Shown: piece by piece, positions 10,013 to 21,176 of the stretch
Layout of the letters: each line of letters opens with the position of its first letter
Position numbering within the stretch: the first letter of the stretch is position 1
Assembly (NCBI RefSeq): GCF_000143415.4
Contig: NW_003314292.1
Coordinates: forward strand, 102,125-125,089
Direction of reading: 5' to 3'
DNA length: 22,965 bases
DNA from: Selaginella moellendorffii
Taxonomy: Eukaryota; Plantae; Lycopodiophyta
Position numbers and translations under genes: made by a program
Notes under the pieces: generated by a model
Databases searched by the model: none
Told to the model about the DNA's origin: nothing
Seen by the model: the letters and a program-made list of their open reading frames with translations, nothing else

Positions 10013-11690
10013 CTACAACTCTAAAGTTAGTCTAAGGGGGTCAACCTTAAGACCTTTATTCAGTTCCTTAATGAAAATGTAGTAAATATACTTGCAAGCT
10101 AAATATATTTTTCCCTGAGTCTTCCTTTGGACAAAATCTTGACAAATGCAAGATGAATGTTCACTGATCCAAACAATGTAATTTGCACCTTCTTTCATGA
10201 TTCTGAGATGACAACAAATTCCTTTACCATAGCACTAATGTAACTTGTCTTTGAGATCTTGCACTTCAATTCCTTTGCAAGCTTGATTTTATCATGTGTA
10301 CCCTTTGAAATGGATAATTTGTATTGCATAACCTTCCCATTTCTAGCTGGTCTAATGTTTCATTTGTGGCATGACTACTTCAACAACAACATTTGATGAG
10401 GTCTTCTGTTTAAACCCTACTCTCTCTAGACTTGCAATCTCGTCTTGTATAAGGTTACAACTAGGCTCAAGGCCAATGCTTTAGCAAGGAATCTGACTTT
10501 GAGATAATAGAATTGTGGATTCATTGTGTATAAGTTATATATGTTCTGCAGTAGTAAATTCAAACTGTAGCAAAGGCACTTTGCACCTAAGTCTCAACTT
10601 CCTCAAAAGCAAGGAACTGGTGAAGATTTTAAGCTTGAGATAGACCTGAAAAATGTTAAGCACTGACCCTAATTGACAATAATTCCAAAGCAATGCATTA
10701 CTCTTACTATTGATTCTTTGTATGCCCAACTTGTGTGAGGTACTAGCTTGCAAGCTATGACTCGCTCAACCTCTGGTATTGGATCCACCTCTGTTCACCC
10801 ATATTTTTCTTTGACATGGTACTAAATGATAGTCAAACTTTGGTCAATGTGAGTTAGAAGGATTGATATCTAGCCTCTGACAAGTTTGTTGGCACTTCAT
10901 ATAGGTTGTTTTATATCCCCAAATGGAGTGTAACTGAATTTTATAGATGTCCCTATAACAACTTCCTCCACTATCTTAGACAATGATTCTATTGTTGGTG
11001 TTGTTCTACTACCCATTGGTTCCTAGAGCCCATCTAAATTTGGATTTGTACCTACAATCCTCGCTTCTTGTGCAGCAAAAGCCTTTGATGATTGCTTAAG
11101 TGATTTAGTAAGATTAGACAAAGTTGCTTCATAAAGGGATATTTTTCCTTTATTAGCTTTTGATGATTGTCAACTCCAACTTGCTCTCAGATAGATTAGT
11201 GGTTGATGTTAATGCTATATCATCAAGTAGTTGATCCTAATAAGAACACAAATATAAATGTGAGTAAAAATAGATTAACAAGCTTACATAGAGAATGTAA
11301 TGGCTCCATTGGAATATATAAACTTCCCACTATACCAACCAACATTCCATTTATAGAAGTTGTTGACTTGCCACCTTATTTCTTTCACACCACCATAAAC
11401 TCATTTGTCTTGGCATTATACTCCTCTTTGGTTGGAACTTCCTTCCACTCACTACAAAATCACTTGAAATCCTTATACAATTCAACCTTGATATATTGGT
11501 AATACTTATGGACACTTTTTTCTTAATGAAACTCACAACTCCTTGTAAAGGTTGGTTTTTATCTCCACCAAAACTTCACACATTGTCAACTAGTAAGCTC
11601 CAACGGCATCTACCATAAAACTATAGAAGTTTTGTTTTTTCCCAATTCACTATTCAACCACTTCAAACATAGAGGTCCATAACATATATT
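10013..11690 (-). mobile_element. Degenerate Mutator (MULE)-type DDE transposase with C-terminal SWIM zinc finger
   Basis: Minus strand: NFYSFMVD (~11610-11630, second catalytic D), SCEFH (~11526-11540, MULE CxxH motif), WL.*W...QW, a 51-nt GTAAG..TTAG intron (11237-11287), TTNLSES (~11183-11203, catalytic E) and SWIM-like YIVWISEHSSCICQDF...CKYIYYIF (10013-10198). Stops and frameshifts throughout; the N-terminus appears cut off by the next fragment. Confidence 0.72.
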
Positions 11691-11699
11691 GAGCTATAA

Positions 11700-11995
11700 T
11701 AGTAAACTTTAAGAGCAAATATAAATTTGCAAGGTCAAAAATGAAATATATAGGCCATATTATGACATCTATAGTGCCTAGATAGATCTAAAGAAGGTAG
11801 CTATGGTGGAAAATTAGCTTACACCAACCTAAGTGGCTAAATTATATAGTATGGTTAATTTCTAAATCAAGTTTGGGGAGGTGGCTATTCCTTTGACACA
11901 ATTATTATATAATAATATACAAATTGAGTGGAACAAATCACAAGAGGATAATTTTATGGAGTTGAAATGGTTATTGAGCAAAGCTTCAATTTGTA
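11700..11995 (+). pseudogene. Ty3/gypsy RT C-terminal/connection fragment
   Basis: SKYKFARSKMKYIGHIM...DLKKVAMVEN*LTP...AIPLTQLL..IEWNKSQEDNFMELKWLLSKASI resembles the gypsy KC.F..YLGH..DP.KV..WP.P..PLT.LL..W...F..LK pattern. Confidence 0.75.
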
Positions 11996-12199
11996 AACAA
12001 CAAAAAAGAATGACTCAAGAGGCAATTTATAAAGGTTCAAATATAAAAAGAAAGGGCCTATGAATGAAGAGTCAAAAGTTTACATATTATTTTGCATTGT
12101 TAATCCATCAAAACCTAGTGATTATACATAAGGGGTAGTCTATTAGATATAAGAGTAAGACTCTATATATGAGTAAGAGTTGCTTTCAATTATTCATGT

Positions 12200-12750
12200 T
12201 TCATAATCATCCAAATACTAGCCATTTTGGAGGGAAGAAGATATATAAGCTAATTAAGTTCTCAAGGATATCTAGTTTATCAAATAACACAAATTTGTCA
12301 TTCTTCAAATTTGTAGAGGCATTCATTGACAAAGCCTTTGCATGGACATCAATGATAAAGCACTTGAAGCTAACAAACTCTTTAAGCTCATCCAAGAGAT
12401 TTTTGCATAACTTTAGGAATGAAATAGATTTCACTATCTTTGATAAAGTATCAGCCAATTTATTGTCACTTCCATCCTTTTATCAAATCTTAGTATATAA
12501 ACTTCTCAAAAATCCTTATGACGGCTAAAATACTTAAAATACTAATGGTCTAAATTCATATGGAAGTCCAATCTATATAGATAATATTGTTATTCTTTCA
12601 TAATAGCAATTACAGCATGCAACTCTTTATCTTGAATACACTAATTTATTGTATGGCATCAAAAACTTCCCCTTTACCTATCCTTTTACCATTGGTCTAT
12701 ACAAAGCTTCTTAGCTTTATAAGCATTTCCATTATTCAAGCCCTAATATA
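12200..12750 (-). pseudogene. Ty3/gypsy RNase H fragment
   Basis: Minus strand IQDKELHAVIAIMKE*QYYL...LDH*YFKYF and GSDNKLADTLSK match the RNase H KELLA..WRHYL..TDH and G..N..ADALSR motifs. Boundaries approximate. Confidence 0.75.
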
Positions 12751-15700
12751 ACAATGACTAACAACCCTAGGCTAGCCATATAATAGTCTTAAATTATTCA
12801 TATGGTTTGAGCTCAATCAATATCAGCCTCTCTTAGTTACTCCAAGTGAGCTAGCAAATCCATCATACAATAGAAGTTTTCCACATTTGGAAAGATCTTA
12901 TGGTTGCCACTCATCAACACAAAAAACTTGTCACAACTTGGTTGGCTAAGATGTCTAGGACACTATTTTGAACTCAGAATTTATAATAATTTGCATTGGA
13001 GCTTATACATTGATGAAGAGGTAAATGTTTTATTTTGTATATCTTTCTAGGCAAAGCAAAAGAAAAAACCTTAGGTAAAATGGAGTTATGCCTAAGTTTA
13101 GGCATCCAAAGAAGAAAGACCTAATCTAAGCGAGAAGCAATTAGGAACAATTAGACATACTGGAAAACAACCCTTACTATTATATGCATTTACATTGAAT
13201 TAACTATTTTTAATCCCACTTATGACTGTTTGTGCAAAATAGAGTTGAGAGAATGACATATGTTTATCCTTATTCAGATCTTGAGGCTGAGTTCTCTTCT
13301 ATATTCTATATTATTTCTTCTTCTCCTTTTCATCTATGTTCTTGTCTCTATTTGTTTGTCACTATTTTGTAGGCAAAAGCAAGAATGTGAGTATAAGCAA
13401 AAAAAGCCTTACTCATTTTTGGTGATTGCAGTGGGATAAGCCGTCACTTTTTGGCTTAAAAAACAGCCAGGAGAAAATCATTTGTGAATTCTAAACGTGC
13501 CTAGCACTAGGAATCACAAGTAAATGTCTTCAGTAATTATAAAAGCTTTTGAGCCCAAAAAACACTGGATAAAGGAGCTTTTTTGTGATTGCAATGGTTT
13601 AATGCCTAGACAACACAAGAAAGACAGTTCTTCAATTGTCACTAAAGCCATAAAGTATAGGATGAGTTTGAAATTGAAGTTCGGCATACATTGCCAAGAA
13701 ACTCAAGTTTAAATTGTTTCGCTAGCAATTTCTTGAGAAAAATCCAAAAGAAGAAAGAATGGAGTTTGTTTGATGTGGAAAACACAATTAAATACTTTAA
13801 AATTATTTTCTTTTAAGCAAGTTATCACTTGGGTTTTTAAAGGACACATTTTTCAGTATCGTGTCATAATTTTTCTAGTTATACACAAGCATTAAAATTG
13901 GGCATCTATAATTTTTGTCTTTGACTCTAGATTAAAGAGAGCTAAAGTCAGCCTTAGTGAAAAACAAATTGAAAAATTATTCACCCAAATCTTACAAAGC
14001 TTTGATAGAGGCAGAATCATAATTAAAACATTATGTTGTCTCAAGGCTTTGATTCAATGTCCTATAGTTTAAACTATTACTTAGACACGGTTTAAGAGTA
14101 GAGTTTAAATCTTCAATGCATATTATAAAACTCATAAGTCAAAAATTCGGAAATGGTTATCACTATGCCTCATACATCTAGATGAATTAGTCAAGGCTCA
14201 TTTCTTATATATAGAGAGCTTACAAATACTATTTGGTGTGAAAGGTGTCACTCTCCTATAGATTTTGAGAACACTCACATCACATCTAGGCCCATAAGAA
14301 GGAATTAAGGGCAATTATGTGAAATGTGCCCTATATCCCCTTAAGTGAGGTATAGATAAAGAATAAATATACAAGTGAATAGACATAAAAATTTATCTTT
14401 CAGACTAATTGAGCTACACTTGATTGCTAAGGGAAATACTCACCACTCTAGACATGAAATACCCTTTACAAGGCATGAACCATCCTTTATAAAATATAAT
14501 TCACAGGTGTATATACCTTTTCACATGAGAGAATTATCACCTAGTGTGCAAACTACCCAACTTGTGAAATAAATAAGAGCTATTCACCTAGAAAACTTCT
14601 CCACACTCTTAAAATAAACAAGAGCAAATGTGAAAATTAGAAAACTCAAACTTGAAGCAATGAAAATTGGTGAGACAGGACTCGTTGGAAAGCCCCTGAC
14701 CTTACCTAAATCGTGGACAAAACAAATCTCAAAAACTCTAAACAAAAAAGAGGTGAGAAAGCTCTAAAGTCCACATATATAGTGCAAGAAGAGAAATGAT
14801 ACTAGATCTCTTGATACACAACACCAAAATTCATGAAAAAAGGACTTAAAAGAAAGTTTTTACATTGTTCCTTCTAGAAATAAAGAAAAAGATCTATAAA
14901 AATTCTTCTAGAAACCACAAGACAAAGAGAAAGAACCATACAAACCTTCAATAGTCAGAAAATGATGAGAACTTGTGAGAAACTAAACCAACTTGACCAA
15001 GAAAGAGCTTGCTAGAAAGTATATAAGTAGATCTACTAATTGCAGGAAATATCCACAAAAATGGTGGTGTGCAACTCAAATCTCCTTGCATGTCGTGATT
15101 CATGTGCCAAGTCCACAGATTTATGATGCCAAAGGATGGACATGATGATATCTACTAGCCCATCTACTCAATTTGATGAAAAATAATAAAATAGAGCACA
15201 ATAACTAGATTTTTCAATCATGAGTCCCAAAACCTAAAGAAAATTAAGAAAAATGAAGAAATTCATAAGAATGGTAGTGACTCCTATACTTAGGAGAACC
15301 CATCTGACTCCCAGAGCACCCTTAGACACAAATTCCACAACCACAAGCAAGAATCATGCTCAAGTTCCTCACAACTCTTAAAAACAACAAAGAAAACACA
15401 TGGAAATGGGATGGGCTAGCTAAGAATCAACCCATCCCCATTCTTGTGTATGTTTTACACACTATCTTGCTCTCAAATGCACTCAAACAGAGCAAGAAGC
15501 TTTTCTATAGCCAAGAAACTCAAGACAACCTTGCTATGCTCTAAACTCGCAGGGAAGAAAGGTATATACCCCTGTATGGAATATCCTCTCTCATATTTAA
15601 ATATTCTTGAAGATTATCCTAAGAATCTCTATGCTCCAAGATGCTCTACAACACTTGCAACCTCAAGGAGGTAAAATTATGTTTATTAATATTTCCATAT

Positions 15701-16091
15701 ATGTTTAGTTCTGTTTTATATATCACAATCACCTGAAATTTCTAGAATTAGAGGCTTCAAAAGTCTTCTAGAGTATGTAGAAGCTATAGCTTCACAAATG
15801 CAAGGTGGATCTTTCCCATAATACCAATATAAAAGGTATAGAAGGAATCAATATATTGATGATGAAGCAGAAGTAAATTAAATACATCCTTATATGACAT
15901 AAAAAACCTATTATATGTCAAATGTCAGTAACAATATCATATGTCAATGAATATTAGTATTAGATATCAAAATTGCAAATTGTCATTCTCATTTGCCACT
16001 ATCACTCTATAGAATTTATGTGTTGCTATCTCCTCCTTCAACATCTTGTAAATAATTGTATATAATATGATAACACCGTTAGAACAAGGTA

Positions 16092-16191
16092 NNNNNNNNN
16101 NNNNNNNNNNNNNNNNNNNNNNNNNNNNNNNNNNNNNNNNNNNNNNNNNNNNNNNNNNNNNNNNNNNNNNNNNNNNNNNNNNNNNNNNNNN
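16092..16191. other. Assembly gap (100 N)
   Basis: Run of exactly 100 N. Confidence 1.
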
Positions 16192-17186
16192 TCGTCACAT
16201 GACTGTATTCTTGGTCTCTACACAAAAGAACTCTTCCTCTTCCTTTCCACATTGAGACCTTGGGATAACATTTTGAAACACTATGGCCCTACACGAGCTT
16301 CATAGGTACTCTCCCCACCTTTTGCCTTTGAATGCCCCAGCCATGTGGCTAAAGCAAGGTTCTAATGAGCCACACTAAGTATCTAAATAGGTAGTGCCAC
16401 CCACATTTGGATTTGAAGCATCAATCATTTGATCTCTTAGGGGAGCTAAAGTTGGCTCTTGAACACTTCATCAAACTACCCTACTTATCTATCTATATTC
16501 ACTTTAACATTGGACTCCTTAGTAGTTATATTATCACCTAACACGTAAGTATAACCTTCCTTGGTCACATTAGCCTTTCCTGGCTAAATTGAGACCACTA
16601 GAGTCCTCCCCCTTCTTTTGGAGCTCACCAAACCCCTTATGGTCTAGGAGAAAAATCGGTTTGGGCTTTCACCCTTGGACTCAGACTCGAACACAGACTC
16701 AGTCTCAGACTCAGACTCAATCTCGGTCTCAATCTCAGTCTTGGTCTCAGTCTTGGTCTTTTTCTCGGCCTTGACCTCAGACTCCATCTTAGGTCCATCT
16801 CAAACTTGACTTTGGACTCCATCTCGTACTCTATCTCGGGTCCACATCAGGTCCTTCTTGGACTCCTTTTAAAACTCCTTTTTGGACTCATTCCAAACAC
16901 TTCCATGTGTCTGGATTGAGTCTAAGATGGACCTGAGATGGAGTTCATCTTGGACTCCGACACTTGCCATATATCAATCCTTCATGTGTCCTTTTTTAGA
17001 AACTTATTCATCAATTGCTTTGTACTCATCTCTCAAGCACTTCATTTAGAGTTCCACTCCCACTCTTGACTTTCCAAGTTGGAGCCTTTTATCTAAACAT
17101 ATTATGCTTGTTGAACTTCTATTTTGATCACTACCATGTGGCACCCTTTCTACTCCATTTTGGGGCTTAGGGATTTGTGTCTCACA
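16192..17186 (-). repeat. 3' LTR (partial, truncated by gap)
   Basis: Begins TGTGAGACAC on the minus strand at 17186, directly after the PPT; aligns with 21684-22882. Confidence 0.88.
16678..16866 (+). repeat. Hexamer (TCAGAC/TCGGTC) and 11/12-mer (ACTCCATCTCGG) tandem repeats within the LTR
   Basis: Visible periodicity; gives spurious QTQS/RPRL ORFs. Homologous arrays at ~22165-22236 and ~22440-22620. Confidence 0.85.
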
Positions 17187-17198
17187 ACTCCACCACCC
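17187..17198 (-). promoter_or_regulatory. Polypurine tract
   Basis: Minus strand GGGTGGTGGAGT immediately precedes the TG of the 3' LTR. Confidence 0.75.
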
Positions 17199-20100
17199 AT
17201 AGACAAAGTTCAATGTCCTCATCAAATGATAAACCATTTTATAAAGCAACCTCATCATGAATTACCATTTTTCATCCTTAGCAACTAGCTAATATTTATC
17301 AATAGTTTGACACTGAAGGTTCATCATGCCTTACCCATCCTTTAAAAAACATAGTCTCTTCAACTTAGAAGCTCATTATACCACTTATAGTAGTCCTTCC
17401 CCTTTTGTTCTTTTAATTTATATTAAATTTGTTAAAGACACCTTCTTTATTTCAATTTTACTACTCATTTAGGAGTAGTCTTAACCTCTACCAACATAAC
17501 CATCACACTCTGGAACTTTAATATTGACATTTCAAGTTAATTTCCTAGGTGTGTCCAACACCTTATATTGCACCAATTATTGCTTCCCTATTTTAAAAAG
17601 TTCTTTACTGGAGGGCACTATCACCCTTTCTTTTATTTTATGTCACCCTCCATAATTCATGCTAGGCTTATCCATGGCTCTATCATTTGGCTATTTTACC
17701 ACTCTATCTTTTTCAGAGCTTTTACTTTCACCAAATTGGAGCATTTGGGAATCCATTCTTAGAAACATATTTCCTTTCCCATAATTCATTAGCACCCATT
17801 ATGTGAGTGTTCCTCGCCTAACTTATTATTTAGATTCCTTCTAATGATTTCCATAGCCCGTTATTGGCCACTAGTCTTTTGCTCCTATCTTTTATTACAC
17901 CACATAACATAGGATCACTATCTCCATCTTTAAGGTATTCTTTTGGTTCTATAACAAAAGCTTTGCTTTGCCAAATCTATGAGGTGTTCACCCTTAGTAA
18001 GTCTTCTCAATATTTTCTACTGTGGGCTCTATCTATGGCCCAACTTTACAACCCACCCATAGGTCCTTTCTTTAAAAACTATTTTCTTAACTCACAATAT
18101 CATTACATTGTCATAATTCATTTCCTTTAAGTGTCCTTCCCACTTGGTCACCTTGACTAGTTCAAATTAACACTTTGAACTAGAAACTTTCTTCCTTAAC
18201 CTTACAAGGACCTTGTCTTTGTTCAGCTATAAGATCATCTAGTGATTTAACCTTGACACATTAATAAGTTCGCATTAGATCTTTCAGCCTTTAAATTGTT
18301 GACTATGACCCCAAGGGCATCCCCCATACTTGGCAATGCACCTAAGCTAGCCTTTCCAACCAAAGGTTTATTGTAGTTGAGATTAGGTGTCCCCACTGTG
18401 TCTTTGGTGCCACTTACACCAAAGTGTTTAAGGTAGCTATACTGAGCTTTCACATTAAGCAATCTAACTATATATCATGACTCCAGAGCATCCCTCATTT
18501 GGCAGTGTGCCTAAGTCAGCCTCTATATTGAGAATCCATAACCACTAAAAAAATGAGTGTCCTCATATTCCAAACTATCACCACACCTTAGTGAGTTTGG
18601 GACTTGAACTTAAGCACTAGAGGGTTGGGACTCGAACTCAACCTCCATATATGCATTTAAAGACAACATCACCCAAGATACCTGACGTGACTCCCTGTGC
18701 CAGTGCACCAAATTATACCTAATGCATGCTGTGGATCATAGCATAGGAACTTAGTTCCTCCAAATTACCAAGTCTTTTCACTTGATAAGTCTGTGATCAT
18801 GTATAGACTCCTTCATGCTTGGCCCTATAGGCCACCCCTTTTGAAGTCAACACTTTCAATTAGGGTCTTTATTCCACTAACTTGCCAATTTTGTTTAGCA
18901 AGTCACTTAACTAGTATATCATAATTTTATACATAAGCATGAAAGTCTTTAACTAACGACTTTCATTCAAAGCCATCTCTTGAACACTTGGGAATTAATT
19001 CCTTAACTTTGATAGCGTCACCTCATGACAAACTTCAAAACCACGCTTTTGCTACACCATTATAATTTCACGCAATCCCATGAGCCATTTATACTTATCT
19101 TTTTAGGTATCAACTTACATAGAATTGTCTTTGGGAACATTGAAGGGATTTTATCCCTTAGCTTGCTAAGGCCTCTCCTTTTATAAGCTTTTTAATTGAT
19201 ATATGATCTAATATGGATAATTCTATATTTTAGACTCTTTATAGTATCACAATTGCCAATAGCAACACCTTTGAGCAACCACTTGATTCTTCACTCTCAA
19301 CTTGCATAACCACTCTCATCTATACTTTTTGATTATTATAGTTTGATTATATCCCTTTACTTCATGCTTTTGGCCTTACATATTTCCTTTGGTTATTCTA
19401 CTTCAAGTTGGGAGAATAGCTATGCACTTTCTACCATACCTTAGTAAATATTTTCAGGGATGAATCTACCCGATAGCATAGAGAATGGTTTTTCAATTTG
19501 GATATGCTCACTTTATAATCCCACACACCAAGATTAACGTTGTTATTTGTGAGCTTTTATATGCGCATCACTAATTTTTCCAAATCTCTTTTGGCTTTGT
19601 CCAATTCAGATAAATGGACTTCTCCACAACTTTAGATGCTAAATAGCACTTCGTATCCATTATTCACCAAAGACTTAATCTCTTGGGCCTTATCTAATGT
19701 CTTTATGATACCAAACAGAACTTTCTGGTGTTTTAGAGTATTTAAGTGTCCCAATAATGACCTTTTTTGATAATGAGCATTTCCTTTTCCAACATTAACT
19801 TATTATATTGCAACATAAGCAATTTATCCCTCTAAGAGATATATTTAACCTCTTTATCTCAATAAAAAATATTGGGAAGTTAACTTCTACCAATCCAATC
19901 AGTTATGCCTTTTGCTTAGTCATCTTATAATTATGAAGTCCTACAACTCATTACTAATGCTTCCAAACCTCCATCATTATTTGGGTCACCACACTCTAAC
20001 CACATACCTTCTAGTTTAGGTTATGCCATTCCCATTTCCATTGGTATTCATTTTATAAAGGGTTATAATGAACTTACTAATTTATCTTCAAGGCATCAAA

Positions 20101-20639
20101 CTTTGGCACATTTAGTGTCTCCACACCATTAACTCTACGAGCCTACCTTTACGACACTTCCCACTTGTGTTTAGGTCTTGCTAAGACCAAAGCAATCATT
20201 TCTTATACCAACTATTGATTATTATTGCTTTATAGAGTTTATATACAACTCTGCACCAAAGTTATTTTCTTCTAGGAACACCTTTCTCACAATTTTAGTA
20301 TGGCACATTCTACCATCAATGAGATATTCATTGTTCTCATACTTGAATTTCATAATCCTCTTCATCTTTTGTAATGTACAACACATCTTAATTCAAATGC
20401 TTTCACCAATCCTTTAGGACCATTCCTTGACTCCACTTGAGTCATCTAGCTTTTGGACTTTGCTAATCCAACAACAGTCCTAACTTCATGGCTACTTTTG
20501 AGGTGTTAGCTCGCTAAAATACCACTTCTTGTGTTCATGTCCCACTCACAAGGACCATTTTTACAAGTATTATTCCAACACTTAATTATTTTTTGTTCCA
20601 TATGGGCTAATTTGCCCCTTGGGACTATTTATTCATATG

Positions 20640-20940
20640 ATGAGAATACCAACTCATCCTCTAAATACACTCTAACTCTTTAGGTTGTTCTAGCATTTAT
20701 TAAAGGTAGCCCTAGGTACCAATTCAAGGACTTATGTCCTCTTTTGTATTTGACCTCCCATGGTCACTAATTCTCATCTCAAATTTATAAGCATCATCCT
20801 AAACTATATGAGGATAATTTTACGACTCTTTTATTGTCTTGGAGTCTCCATCCTTTCTATAAAACTAACTATAGTTATTTACCACAACCACATTAGCTAG
20901 TTTGCTACATCAAATGCTCATTTGGATCACATCCTCAACT
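20640..20940 (-). pseudogene. Degenerate retrotransposon gag remnant
   Basis: GCDPNEHL (~20911-20934) and SLNWYLGLP..RTT* (~20690-20730) resemble the retrotransposon gag G..DP.EHL and A..W...LP...TW motifs, just downstream of the PBS. Confidence 0.55.
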
Positions 20941-21162
20941 CTCTAAGGAAAACCTTATAATATTTCCAAGAATGCAAAATTGTTCTTTTATTGGCATATT
21001 TTTATTCACCATATTGCTAACATGTTCATCTATAAACTAAGATGGAGAGTCATGCCCTCTTGATATGCTACTCCTCGAGGAAGACCCACTTTTGGGACCT
21101 TCCAATACTAATATTAAGTGGTGATATATTTGACCACCAATAAGAGTCAGATTAAGGAACAA

Positions 21163-21173
21163 CTCTGATACCA
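21163..21173 (-). promoter_or_regulatory. Primer binding site for initiator Met-tRNA
   Basis: Minus strand ...CTTACA-ATT-TGGTATCAGAG, the canonical plant tRNA-iMet PBS 3 nt after the LTR terminal CA. Confidence 0.9.
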
Positions 21174-21176
21174 AAT

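Noticed and set aside
12900-16091. AT-rich region, possibly a decayed LTR or other TE
   Set aside because: No termini, TSD, PBS or protein motif that I can support; left unannotated.
16589-16822. RS/QS-rich ORFs on both strands (also 22475-22810)
   Set aside because: Products of LTR tandem repeats, not conserved between the two LTRs.
19745-19795. Gag CCHC zinc-knuckle remnant on the minus strand
   Set aside because: Needs a frameshift and lacks most Cys residues; too weak.
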